From Octopus sinensis (taxonomy: Eukaryota): DNA of 64,000 nt. The position numbers were made by a program, and so were the translations under genes. The notes below the pieces were generated by a model that was not told the origin of the DNA, made no database searches, and was given only the letters and a program-made list of their open reading frames with translations. The stretch lies in the NCBI RefSeq assembly GCF_006345805.1, contig NC_043001.1, positions 9,486,001-9,550,000 on the forward strand, read 5' to 3'. Shown one piece after another: positions 41,890-54,074 of the stretch; within the stretch, counting starts at the first letter, position 1, and every line of letters starts with the position of its first letter.

Positions 41890-42425
41890 TTTATAGTTCC
41901 CGAGGGTTTCATTTTTTAAAAGATATATATACAACTTCACAAAGATCGTCTCGTTGCAACAGCTCAGCTACTGGAAAGGCTGAAACAGCTAAGACTCTAC
42001 TCCCTGGAGCGAAGGTGGGAGAGGCATGCAATAATATACATCTGGAAGATCCTGGAAGGAATTGTTCCAAATTTTGGCATTGATAGCTACACACCAATGC
42101 CAGAACGGGTCGCCACTGCACAGTGCCAAAGATCCCAGCAATGCCATCGCGCCTCAGGACCACTTACTCCACAGCCTGGGTTTCAGGGGCTCACATCTTT
42201 TTAATATTCTCCCAAAGAGCCTGAGGGACTTACAAAAAGTCGATGTAGGTGTTTTGAAATCAAAACTGGACTTTTCCTGTCGAGAGTCCCAGATGAACCT
42301 ACTTCGCGGCAAGGGGTGCAAATGAGAGTAGTGACATCAAACTCCCTTAGAGAGGAGGCGCTCAATAATAACAGTGTAGCAAGACAGCGGTGCCCAGCAT
42401 GGCCGCAGTTCTGAGCTGAAACTAC
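41890..42425 (+). mobile_element. CR1/L2-group LINE 3' fragment with 3' UTR
   Basis: SYWK.LKQLRLYSLERRWER..IIYIWKILEGIVPNFGI (frameshifted); UTR homolog at 57260-57395. Confidence 0.8.
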
Positions 42426-42497
42426 AATATATATATATAATATATATATATATATAATATATATATTAAACATATCGATAGCCATATCAGAGATGAC

Positions 42498-43988
42498 TTG
42501 GATATGTTAAACCACCTTCCAAAAAAAACCAAGGAAGAAACAATCCTGGTTTCATTTGATTTAGTTAACTTATATACCAGTATACCTCATAATTATGGAC
42601 TAGAGGCAATACAGTTCTGGCTGGACCATTTTCCGGAAGAAATACCAAAAAGGATCAGTAAAGAATTCATTGCTAAATCAATTGAATTCATCCTACACAA
42701 TAACCACTTCATGTTTGACAATACATTTTACCGTCAAAAATCCGGAATTGCTATGGGTACAAGGGCAGCACCAGTCATTGCGAACCTAACAATGGGCTAC
42801 ATGGAAATAATCATTTACCAGGAATCTTTATCAATCTTTGGAAACCCCCTTTCTCAATACATAAAAGAGAATTGGAAACGATTCTTAGACGATTGTTTTA
42901 TACTCTGGAATGAAAACACAGATAAACTCCTAAAATTTAATAACCTATTGAACAGCATAAACCCAAATATACAGTTCACAATGGAATACAACCAAAAGGA
43001 GCTCCCGTTCTTGGATATACTAATTAAAAAAATTAACCTTAAAATAGAAACAGACATTTTTTACAAAGCCACAGACGCCAAACAATACCTTCTTGTTAAT
43101 TCATGCCACCCAAGACACACTAAAACAAACATCCCCTTCAACCTTGCAAGAAGGATATGCACAATAGCGTCAGAACAAAATACTAGGAACTTTAGACTGC
43201 AAGAACTCAAAAACACCCTAATTGACAGACATTACCCAGCTCAACTCATAGAGGATGGGATCAGACGTGCAACAGAAATCAACATAGAAACTTTAAGAAA
43301 AGTTCAACACAACAACACACCTTCCCCGAAAATACTACCTTACATATCTACATACAATCCCAGAAACAAAGAAGCCTTCACCATCATCACCCAGAATTTA
43401 CCAATACTTCATAAGGACCCCAAATTAAAGGAAATTCTAAACATACACCAAATCATTAAAAGCTACAAACAACCTAAATCACTTAAAAATATTCTCACAA
43501 AGGCAAAATTGTCTTCTGATATTACGGATGCAAAAGTAAAAAAATGTGGTAGATCGAACTGTGCAACATGTCCAAACCTGCTAGAAGGATCAGAATTCCT
43601 CTTTAAAGAGGGACAGAAATTCAAGATCAAATCTAACTTTACTTGTGCCTCTGAAAACACAATTTATGTCATAAAATGCTCGGGCTGCCACCAAGACTAC
43701 GTGGGATCCACGGGACTATCACTCAGACGTAGATGCACACTGCATCGACAACAGATTGCATTCCCAGAATACAGAATGATACCTTTTAGTGAGCACATTG
43801 AGAAATGCGCAAAGCAACTACTACCACAATTTTTAATCTTTCCATTTTACCAATGTGCTATCGGATCATCAACACAAATTAGACTAAACAAGGAAACATT
43901 CTTCATTAAAAAGTACAAGCCCAGACTTAACCATCCCAACATACTGATACAGAGAAATTCACACCAAGGGAAACAAAAAAAATTTTAA
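42498..43988 (+). CDS. Penelope-like reverse transcriptase / GIY-YIG endonuclease (N-terminally truncated)
   Basis: SFDLVNLYTSIP, GIAMGTRAAPVIANL, RFLDDCF, LPFLDI; Cys linker CGRSNCATC; TIYVIKCSGCHQDYVGST..RRRCTLH..EH; no stops over ~500 codons. Confidence 0.95.
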   Translation: MDMLNHLPKKTKEETILVSFDLVNLYTSIPHNYGLEAIQFWLDHFPEEIPKRISKEFIAKSIEFILHNNHFMFDNTFYRQKSGIAMGTRAAPVIANLTMGYMEIIIYQESLSIFGNPLSQYIKENWKRFLDDCFILWNENTDKLLKFNNLLNSINPNIQFTMEYNQKELPFLDILIKKINLKIETDIFYKATDAKQYLLVNSCHPRHTKTNIPFNLARRICTIASEQNTRNFRLQELKNTLIDRHYPAQLIEDGIRRATEINIETLRKVQHNNTPSPKILPYISTYNPRNKEAFTIITQNLPILHKDPKLKEILNIHQIIKSYKQPKSLKNILTKAKLSSDITDAKVKKCGRSNCATCPNLLEGSEFLFKEGQKFKIKSNFTCASENTIYVIKCSGCHQDYVGSTGLSLRRRCTLHRQQIAFPEYRMIPFSEHIEKCAKQLLPQFLIFPFYQCAIGSSTQIRLNKETFFIKKYKPRLNHPNILIQRNSHQGKQKKF

Positions 43989-44097
43989 GCGATTATCTCC
44001 CTTACACCGGAAGAAATCACTCATTACCTCCCCTTATTTAGAACTCTTTTGAACATAAACATAACGATAACCCTGTTCAACATAAACATAACGTCGC

Positions 44098-44136
44098 AAG
44101 AAATTTGAAAACCTAAACGCGAAACCGGTCTTTCTT
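44098..44136 (+). ncRNA. Decayed hammerhead in the Penelope 3' pLTR
   Basis: AAGAAA-u-UUGAAAA..cgc-GAAA-CCG-GUC/UUUCUU; palindromic ACCGGU helix III, 6-bp helix I, core CUGANGA mutated. Confidence 0.5.
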
Positions 44137-44318
44137 CTAAATTATGTCATTATAAGAGAAAAAAAATTTTTAATATTCTTCAAAATTATTTTAATATTCT
44201 TCAGAGATATTGATGCAAATATATATTTTTTAACATTTAAGCCTTCTGTAGTTTTTTCACTTTTTACTATTTTCTATATATTCAACCACGTGCTTTCACA
44301 AACCAACTTTCTTATCTA

Positions 44319-44375
<57 letters not shown>

Positions 44376-44706
44376 CTTCTCTGAGGTCTTGAGAGCAGTT
44401 ATGTTTACAGTGGGTTTGAATTGTTTATTGTTTTCGAAATTGTAAATGGGTATAGAAATATTTTGAAAGAAAACAGAATTGCTGAGGTAGAACTTGGAGC
44501 TCAAATTGTATCACAAAACAAAAGTGGTGGTCGTAAGTGGTTCTACTTTATCTTACAAAACAATTGTTTAGTTTTCAGGAAAAAAAATTTGTTCCCTTTC
44601 ATTGAAGTAAATCGAATGCCAGGGAAAATATAAAAACTTGATGGTGCGTAAATTTTGCAAATTGATTGAAAATATGAAGTTTTGTTTCTGATATATATAT
44701 ACATAC

Positions 44707-44769
<63 letters not shown>

Positions 44770-44801
44770 ATATATACATTATATATATAATATATATACA
44801 C

Positions 44802-44833
<32 letters not shown>

Positions 44834-44952
44834 TATATATATATATAGATATATGTATATGTGTGTGTGTATGTGTATACATATATATATATATATACAT
44901 ATATATATGTATATATATATACATATACATATGTATATGTATGTATACATAC

Positions 44953-45003
<51 letters not shown>

Positions 45004-46505
45004 ATATAATATACTTGGATGAGTATGAGAGTAAATAATTTATAGTACATATCGCAGCAATATCAATCTAAGGCTATTTTTAGAAGTGCATCCTCTGATT
45101 AAGCCAAAAGGCCAAAAAGACTGCTGATATGATGTCAAAATTATTCACATATTTATTGCAAAGTAGTTTTGTTTGTTGTCAAATTAACATTTTTGCGAGG
45201 ATGGCGGAAGCTGCCAAACGTCAAAATACACAGAAAGCAACAGAAGAAAAAAAGTAGGATAAAAGTGATCAGAAGGATGAGGTGTTTATTACACTATTCG
45301 GAGAAATAAACGAGAAAATGCTAAGTGAGACTGAGAAAATTAAAGTGAGAGAGTGTAGGAGTAAGAGGTGTTACAAGATGTTATTTTAATCTTTCAATAT
45401 TTTTTGAACAATGTAGAATTATTTTAGTAAATATTGAATCATTATTTTTCATAAAATGTTTGTAACTGTCATTAAATCGTTGTATGGACCAGTAAAATAT
45501 GTTATAAAGTGTAAAAGATAAGGTGTTTGTGTCCTTAATAGCGTTATAATACAATATTGTCGATGCAAAGTACGGTGTTAGTGAAAGTCCTTATGTCACA
45601 GAGTATACGTGTAGTAGCGTATGTATACTCTTTCTATTTGGTTATTAGAGATATTGTAGAGTTGAAGTGATGAAGTGTATTGTGTAGATTTGTCTGAATG
45701 GCTGGCAGTGGTTTTGTCTCACTGTAACACTGACTGCAATTTTAAACATGCTGTTAGAGAAAGCTGCCTCTCGGATATCCCAAAGATCTTTCAATTTAAA
45801 AATGTTTCATATTTTCATTATGCATCCTTGATATATAAGGAAATTCGAGTAAAGCTGTATCGAATCCCCTGTTATATGTAAGGCTTTGTGCATTTGTTGG
45901 AAGCAATTCTTGTTTACACAGCGAAGTTCTAGTTTATTTGCAAATATTGTTGCTGGTTTTCCGTGATGATTTTGAAGGCTTTGTAAAAACTTTATTATTT
46001 TTTCGTGTATTAAGCCCTATTACAGACTGATATTTATCTTCAAGCATACTACGATATACGGATATACTGTGACAAACTTTCTTATAAGTTGAAACATCTT
46101 CCTTCAACAGACATTCTAATGATGACCATTCCATCTTATTTTCTCTCGTCAATCTTTCTTCCTCAAACGATCGCAGCCGAGGCACGTTTCGCAGGAATTT
46201 CTGTCACCTATTAGCTTCGGCAATCAGTTGCGTGTCTCGCCCTATAATATCAATTCAGTTGTCTTTTTCTTCAGTCAGTGGCTGGGAATATCTAACGTAT
46301 AACACCCGATATAGGTTGTGGCTTAGCATGATAGCAGCTGCCAGCAAAGTTCACTCCACATTGAGCAGCAATAAAACAGGTGGGTTGATAGCGTCTTTAA
46401 ATCTTCTCCTCTTTGATCGACTGCTCCTGTCATGAGGTGTCTGAGCCGTCGTGAAATGTCCCGTGTACGTATCACCAAGGCAAACTTAAAGCTCCTTCTT
46501 CTTGT

Positions 46506-46910
46506 AGGCGTAGGAGTGGCTGTGTGGTAAGTACCTTGCTTACGAACCACATGGTTCCGGGTTCAGTCCCACTGCATGACACCTTGGACAAGTGTCTTCT
46601 ACTATAGCCTTGGGCCGACCAAAGCCTTGTGAGTGGATTTGGTAGACGGAAATTGAAAGAAGCCCATCGTATGTATATATATATGTATGTGTCTATATAC
46701 ACATACATATATGTGTATATATACATGTTTGTGTGTCTGTGTTCCCTCTCCCAACATCGCTTGACAGCCGATGCTGGTGTATTTACGTCCCCGTAATTTA
46801 GCGCGTCGTAAGTACTAGGCTTACAAAGAATAAGTCGTGAGGTCGATTTGCTCGACTAAAACGCGGCGCTCCAGCATGGCCACAGTCACATGACTGAAAC
46901 AAGTAAAAGA
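46506..46910 (+). mobile_element. SINE family B
   Basis: Consensus match. Confidence 0.92.
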
Positions 46911-47699
46911 CAGACCAGGCCTCGGCGCTTTAGAGAAGAATGCTTTCAGCACCTGCCATGAAGTGGGCTTTAAGACAACACAGAAACAGGAAAGAAACTG
47001 CTCTATTGCACATTGAATTATGGACACCAAAGACTAAGAGAGAAGACTTAACAATATAAGGTTGCTCAAGAAGCTGTCACTTCCTATATATATTATCAGC
47101 AAATTCGGTTCTATGTTTAAGAGATGAGGAATTATGCATATTATTTACATTATTTACATTATTTACATTTGACGGATATTTGTCCTCATCTTGTTTGTTT
47201 GCAAGGACTGACTGATACAATAACAACTACAATAAACAAGACACACTTGTCCTTCTGAGAATGATTTTGGCCAGGTTAATCTTGTTGCTTAGTTTAATTT
47301 TGGGGCAAAAAATCTGCTCAAATTTATTAACTCTTGTCAGGTGATTATCGCATGGAACTGACAAAGGCAAATAAAATTTCTGAATTGTAAAGGGTTCATT
47401 ATTTTCGTTCGTTTATAAATAAATTGTGCTCTTTTCAACAGTCAACTTCCGAAGAACCAAAGAAAAATTCAGTTATGTAGCAGCGGAGTTTGATAAACGT
47501 ACGGTAAAGGATGGAAAGCATTTTAATATCTCCATGGGTTTGAAGTTCCTTCAGAAATGTTCCAACAGTTTAGAATGACTATGCTCCACTGTGTTATCCT
47601 TTGAAGCACGCTTGTAGTGGCTTTGGTGAAAAACAATCAAACGTTGACCAGTACACCTTTCGGAGTGGGTTTAGTGAGTTTGCAAGCTTATTTCATTAA

Positions 47700-48110
47700 A
47701 ATATTTTCTTCTTGATCTAACAGAGGTGGGTGGCGTGGCGTTTATGAACGTATTGCATTGAAACACTTTCTCCTTGATCTGGCACTTATGTTCGATACAT
47801 TACTTGAATTATCTCTTCTTTCTGACACCTTACAGAAGAAGGATATAAGTGTAGTTTATACAGACAAGTTAATTCGTCGCAACACACGGGTTTTAGAAGC
47901 TATAAAGGAACACAGGGATGAAAAAGACTCGGAAACAAGGAATGCTATTAAGAAAATGCATCTTGCGTCTGTGACACTGACAGATAACAAGATTACTTCA
48001 ATCAATCATGGTCAGTTTTTAACCACAATCATAAACGATACGAAACAACAGTTATTCTTACCAACTTCTTCCTATGAATCCGCTTAATCACGACCAGGCA
48101 CTTTTAACTT
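47700..48110 (+). mobile_element. hAT-like transposase relic (KIAA1586-like)
   Basis: FLLDLALMFDTLLELSLLSDTLQKKDISVVYTDKLIRR resembles the hAT transposase central region (recall only). Confidence 0.55.
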
Positions 48111-48378
48111 CATTCCAAACATAATTTCTGAACAGGAAAGTCGATAAGTGACCGGCTGATATAAATCAACGATATCGAGAGAATGAAAATAGTCCCTTCA
48201 CAAATGTTTCAGACAGCCATTTTCAGAACTAGTCGTAACACAAGGAGACTTTTTAGACATTTCTAGGTAACTTAATTGCATCGCGGTTTTTTTTTCTGGC
48301 TAATATATATAAATTTATATCGCGGACTTCTGAGTATATCGCGGGTTTCTGCGGCCGATAGGTATTTATATTTTTTTA

Positions 48379-48617
48379 AGGCGGCGAGTTGGCAGAAATG
48401 TTAGCACGCCGGGCGAAGTGCGTAGCCGTATTTCGTCTGCCGTTACGTTCTGAGTTCAAATTCCGCTGAGGTCGACTTTGCTTTTCATCCTTTCGGGGTC
48501 GATAAATAAAGTACCAGTTACGCACTGGGGTCGATGTAATCGACTTAATCCCTTTGTCTGTCCTTGTTTGTCCTCTCTGTGTTTAGCCCCTTGTGGGTAG
48601 TAAAGAAATAGGTATTT
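48379..48617 (+). mobile_element. SINE family A monomer with 21-bp TSD, inserted in a pogo-like MITE (~48280-48693)
   Basis: ataggtatttatattttttta at 48358-48378 and 48608-48628. Confidence 0.9.
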
Positions 48618-49070
48618 ATATTTTTTTAGATTTTAATTGTTTCTGTGGGAGGATTTGGAACGTAACACTCGCTATAGCCGAGGGATTACTGTACTCTGAC
48701 ATTTATCAACCACTACCCTATTGGCTCTACCCGTCAGTAAGTAGAGGAAAATAAAGGTTAAGGAGTACGATTCGAGAGAAAAGCAAGCTGTTGCGGTCAA
48801 CTTTTAGAGCGGCTTTCCACGGATTGCAACTGGGTGGAGGCATCATACTTCTTGCATCACCCTTTCCTACTGGATCTATCGGCTTCACAACGGAAACAGC
48901 TATTTTACAATATATTCATCTAAACACCAGTATAAATGTATTTTGTGCAATATTTCTCTTGTAACATAAACCTTGGATCCCGTTGATAAGTGGTTTCTGT
49001 CGTTGTGGCGGGCGTCTCCGATAAATAATATTAAAGGTATCTATGATAAATATCAAACATTCACATATCT

Positions 49071-49285
49071 TTCGGAATTACGGAGATGTACTTGCATAGC
49101 AAGTGACCTGATCTGAGATCGTGTGCTGGAACGAAAACAATTGCAGCGTGGAAGGTGTTTATAAGCCATTTAAAAAACACACAAAAACCGTTAGATTCAC
49201 TTCAACATTATTTAAATGTTGAAGTGAATCTAACGGTTTTGTGTGTTTCTTAAATGGCTTATAAACACCTTCCACGCTGCAATTG
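49071..49285. mobile_element. Fold-back insertion with 12-bp TSD
   Basis: ~70-bp near-perfect palindrome arms 49138-49285; attcacatatct at 49059-49070 and 49286-49297. Confidence 0.8.
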
Positions 49286-50072
49286 ATTCACATATCTCTA
49301 GTTTCTAAAATATTTATTCATCAGTCAATTTTTTTTTTACTTGTGCTACATGATTTCGATTTCAAACTAGACGTAGGTGTAACACTCGCGTTTGGTTCTC
49401 TTAAAGCAAGTACCTCATATTTCTCCATAAAATGTATCAAGAGTCGCTTATTCCTATGACAGTCCATTTCTCTATCAATTTAACGATAGCACACGAGATA
49501 TATTTAGATTACCGGCAACTTCTCTGCTTCGTTCAAAATCTGAATCATGAAACTCGAAAATCTCAGTTGCTTTTTGAAATATGTGAAAAGGCTAGGTCGA
49601 GCCCTTTAAAGAATGAAGAATTTACAGCAATTTTCATTCTTAAATCTCCTCTCTTTTTATCAACCTTTTTCATAATACTTGAATTAATTCATAATGAATT
49701 ATTAATTCAAAAGTTTTAAGACGCAAAGAGCAACGAAGAGAATATGAAAACAGTGTGCGTGCACAGCATCAACATGCAAGCGAAGTGAATCACTATAGAA
49801 AGGAACAGACACACTCGCACACACATCATTGAGGTGCATTGTGGTAATTAAACTTTTAAAAGCAATTGTTGTGAATGTCCACCATTTATTTGACGCAGAT
49901 AGGTTGGCGATTAAGATTTTTATCTTTATCGGTGTTTTAAAAAATGTCGTTAAATCGAGGTCGCGATAAGAGAGGACACCTTGTAAACATAAATGCATGT
50001 TGTGTGTGAGGGCGTATGTATGTGTATGCATGCATACACATAGACACACATATATATGCATGCATGTATATA

Positions 50073-50575
50073 TGTGGAGGAGCAATGGTTCAGTGGTTAG
50101 GGCAGCGGACTCGCGGTCGTAGGATCGCGGTTTCGATTCCCAGAGAGGGCGCTGTGAGTGTTTATTGAGCGAAAAACACCTAAAGCTCTAGGAGGCCCCG
50201 ACAGTGGGTGGTGGCGAACCCTGCTGTACTCTTTCACCATAAGTTTCTCTCACTCTTTCTTCCTGTTTCTGTTGTACCTGTATTTCAAAGAGCCAGTCTT
50301 GTCACACTCTGTGTCATGCTAAATCTCCCCGAGAACTACGTTAAGGGTACACGTGTCTGTGGAGTACTCAGCCTCTTGCACGTTAATATATGAGCTGCAA
50401 CGTCACTGGTGCCATTCTGTATTGCCTTTCCCTTGGAAAACATCAGTGGTGTGGAGAGGGGAGGCTGGTATGCATGGTTGACTGGTGGTCTTCCATAAAC
50501 AACCTTGCTCAGACTTAGGCCTCGCAGGGTAAACTTCTAGGTGCAATCCCATGGTCATTCATGACGGAAGGGTGT
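50073..50575 (+). mobile_element. SINE family C with an alternative 3' extension
   Basis: Consensus to ~50388, then a different tail. Confidence 0.8.
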
Positions 50576-50584
50576 CACAAAAAA

Positions 50585-50628
<44 letters not shown>

Positions 50629-50643
50629 ATAATAATATATCAT

Positions 50644-50690
<47 letters not shown>

Positions 50691-50945
50691 ATATAATTCG
50701 AGACAAAACCACTATTTTAAAACCAAACAGGAAAGACTTAATCAATACATAACATTTTAATATTTATTTTATTTAATTTATATTAAAATTTTATGTATTG
50801 ATTAAGTCTTTCCTTGTTTGGTTTTAAAATAGTGGTTTTGTCTCGAATTATATTATATAATATTTTACTATAAAATTGGATTTAACCCTAAATCTGATTT
50901 TTTCCTGTAATTTTGGATTCATTCCTAATATTTATTATTATTATT
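50691..50945. mobile_element. Inverted (fold-back) copy of the pLTR-like module
   Basis: Arms 50691-50762 / 50781-50853; homologous to 29113-29280; TA flanks. Confidence 0.75.
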
Positions 50946-50993
<48 letters not shown>

Positions 50994-50999
50994 AAGGTA

Positions 51000-51644
51000 A
51001 AGGACCTGGGTATCTTGGTGGGTTCCTCCATTTCGCCTTCGGCCCAGTGCGTCCATGCTGCCAACAAAGCACGCGGAATTCTGTTCTTGATTCGACGGTC
51101 ATTCGGAATGCTGATGAGACCCATATTGGAGTACGGGATTCAAACCTCTTCTCCTTATCTCCTCAAAGACATACAGCATCTCGAAAGAGTCCAGAAGCTG
51201 GCTACCCGCATGGTTCATGGTCTCAAAAATTTGTCCTACGAAGAACGGCTGAGGACGCTCGACCTTTATTCTCTTGAAAAACGTCGCCGCCGTGGTAATC
51301 TCATTCTCGACCACAACATCATGAGCGGAAAGTGTAACCTCTCGAAAGAGCTGTTCTTCACTCCTGCTCCAGAGCGTCGGCTGCGGGGTCATTCCGAAAA
51401 GCTGTACCTGCGACGATTTCATCTCAATCGAAGGAGAGGAGCTTTCTCCGTCCGGGCTGCGGATCCGTGGAACAAGCTGCCAGACGAGATGGTGAAGATG
51501 CCGACGACGCTTTGTTCAAAGCCTCCCTTGACCTCAAGTGCCTGAACTCTTACATGAACACCACCCTGTACTTAACCCCATGCCCCCCTACATGGCCTTG
51601 CTATTTGCTTTTGAGCCAAATTAACTAACTAACTAACTAACTAA
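51000..51644 (+). mobile_element. CR1-type LINE 3' fragment with (CTAA)n tail
   Basis: RPILEYG..SPYLLKDIQHLERVQKLATRMV.GLKNLSYEERLRTLDLYSLEKRRRRG. Confidence 0.9.
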
Positions 51645-51737
51645 CATATATATATATATATATGTATGTATGTATGTATATATGTATATATATATATACA
51701 TATATACATATATATATACATATATAATATATTTGTG

Positions 51738-51785
<48 letters not shown>

Positions 51786-51799
51786 TGTGTGTGTATAAA

Positions 51800-52124
51800 G
51801 AGCCTGCTCGCGAAATTAACATGCAAGTGGCTGAGCACTCCACAGACACGTGTACCCTTAACGTAATTCTCGGGGAGATTCAGCGTGACACAGAGTGTGG
51901 CAAGGCTGGCCCTTTGAAATACAGGTACAACAGAAACAGGAATAAAGAGTGGGAGAAAGTTGTGGTGAAAGAATATAGCAGGGTTCACTACCATCCATAC
52001 CGAAGCCGCGTGAAGATTTAGGTGTTTTCGCTCAACAAACACTCACAGTGTCCGGTCTGGGAATCGAAATTGCGATCCTACGACCGCGAGTCCGCTCTCC
52101 TAACCACTGGGCCAATACGCCTCC
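51800..52124 (-). mobile_element. SINE family C
   Basis: Consensus match. Confidence 0.88.
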
Positions 52125-52394
52125 ATATACATACATACATACATACATTAATACATCACATCTCATCTTTTTGCTATCCAAGAACAAGTAACAGCTTGGG
52201 AAAACCTAATAAGCAAAAGAAATATCATTCATAGCAACTGTGGATTCCCTTAAACTATCTACGATATATGAAGACCCATCTTTATGAGATGTGATGCCGT
52301 CGCCATGACAGTTAACAATACTGTATGCAAGTTGGTGTGTCCTGACGGCACCCAAAAGCCAGAAAGTGCCTGTACCTTAAAAATAAAGAATACC

Positions 52395-52995
52395 TATTTC
52401 GTTACTACCCACAAGGGGCTAAACACAGAGAGGAGACAAACAATGACAGACAAACGGATTAAGTCGATTATATCGACCCCTGTGCGTAACTGGTAGTTAT
52501 TTATTCGACTCCGAAAGGATGAATGGCAAAGTCGACCTCGGTGGAATTTGAACTCACAACGTAGCGGCAGACGAAATACCTATTTCTTTACTACCCACAA
52601 GGGGCTAAACACAGAGAAAACAAACAATGACAGACAAATGGATTAAGTCGATTATATCGACCCCTGTGCGTAACTGGTACTTAATTTATAGATCCCGAAA
52701 GGATGAATGGCAAAGTCGACCTCGGTGGAATTTGAACTCAGAACGTAGCAGCAGACGAAATACCTATTTCTTTACTACCCACAAGGGGCTAGACATAGAG
52801 GGGACAAACAAGGACAGACAAAGGGATTAAGTCGATTATATCGACCCCAGTGAGTAACTGGTAGTTATTTAATCGTCCCCGAAAGGATGAATGGCAAAGT
52901 CGACCTCGGTGGAATTTGAACTCAGAACATAGCGGCAAACGAAATACCAGTGAGCATTTCGCCCGGCGTGCTAACCATTCTGCCAGCTCGCCGCC
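52395..52995 (-). mobile_element. SINE family A head-to-tail trimer with ~27-bp TSD
   Basis: gcctgtaccttaaaaataaag(a/g)atacc at 52368-52394 and 52993-53019. Confidence 0.92.
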
Positions 52996-53185
52996 TGTAC
53001 CTTAAAAATAAAGGATACCGTGTAAGTCCAACAGGCCAAATATTGTTGTATGGGCAGGAGGCACAGTCTGTGCGTCATCAGAGTTCAGTTCCCCAACGGA
53101 TGTGTTGTCTCTTCATGAATTGAAAATTCTCTGCAAACGAAACGAAGAATTCAAAGATCAGAGATGTATGTTTATTTATTTAGAA

Positions 53186-53587
53186 CTAGCTGTATCGCCC
53201 GGCGTTGCTCGGGTTTGTAAGGGAAATAACTATATAAGCATTTTTAGAGAGTTATAGCCAAAAAATAGCAAAAAAATGCATTAAAAATGGGAAAAAAATG
53301 ATGGTAAATTTTTTTTTTAAATCGTTGACTCATCGTAGACATTTTAGAGAATTACTTCCCTTATATAATAGCGAAAAAATGCATTAAAATGGAAAAAAAT
53401 GATGGTAAATTTTTTTTTTAAATCGTAGACTCATCGTAGACGCGCGCTAATACGCAGAAGGGCTCGTTATGAATCACGACTATAAGATACCCGGTTTTGG
53501 TTAAACTGCACCGCAAAATGTGGGAGTAGTTAGGAATCTAAATCGTAGGAGACAGACAGCACACAACCTCTCTTTTATATATAAAGA
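53186..53587 (-). mobile_element. Non-autonomous Helitron (second copy, with internal tandem duplication)
   Basis: TC...hairpin...CTAG on minus strand, inserted at an AT dinucleotide. Confidence 0.85.
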
Positions 53588-53841
53588 TTAACACACACAT
53601 ACATACACACACACATACACATACACAAACGCGCGCGCAGTGTCAATTCTTTGTTAAGCTTGTCGCTAAAGAATATATTAATATGCAAATGAGCTCTAAC
53701 CAGCGCTTATTACCACATTTTCATTAAAAAGCTGGAAGCTATTCTCTTTCTCCCGCTCAGCCCGTTTGTCTCACACACACCCTCTTCCTCTCTCTCCCCC
53801 CTCACTTTATTACCATGATTGATGTAACCACCCATGTTATA

Positions 53842-54074
53842 TATTTCTTTATTGCCCACAGGGAGCCTCACACAGAGGGGACAATCAAGGACAGGCAAAC
53901 GGATTAAGTCGATTATATCGACTCCAGTGCGTAACTGGCACTTAATTTATCGATCCCGAAAGGATGAAAGGCAAAGTCGACCTCGGCGGAATTTGAACTC
54001 AGAACGTAACGGCAGACGAAATACGGCTACGCACTTCGCCCGGCGCGCTAACGATTCTGCCAGCTCGCCGCCTT
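53842..54074 (-). mobile_element. SINE family A monomer with 17-bp TSD
   Basis: taaccacccatg(t/c)tata at 53825-53841 and 54075-54091. Confidence 0.9.

Larger units (their letters stand above)
42468..44320 (+). mobile_element. 5'-truncated Penelope-like element (Neptune type) between (TA)n tracts
   Basis: RT + GIY-YIG ORF plus 3' non-coding region with a decayed hammerhead. Confidence 0.9.

Noticed and set aside
45650-46500. Complex sequence with short ORFs, possibly an old DNA transposon
   Set aside because: No recognisable motif
49296-49330. CUGAUGA..GAAAC on the minus strand
   Set aside because: Only a weak AU helix II; no NUH triplet with a matching helix I
52395-52995. Regularly spaced repeats suggestive of a CRISPR array
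   Set aside because: Whole ~185-bp units repeat with no unique spacers; eukaryotic SINE multimer; no cas genes
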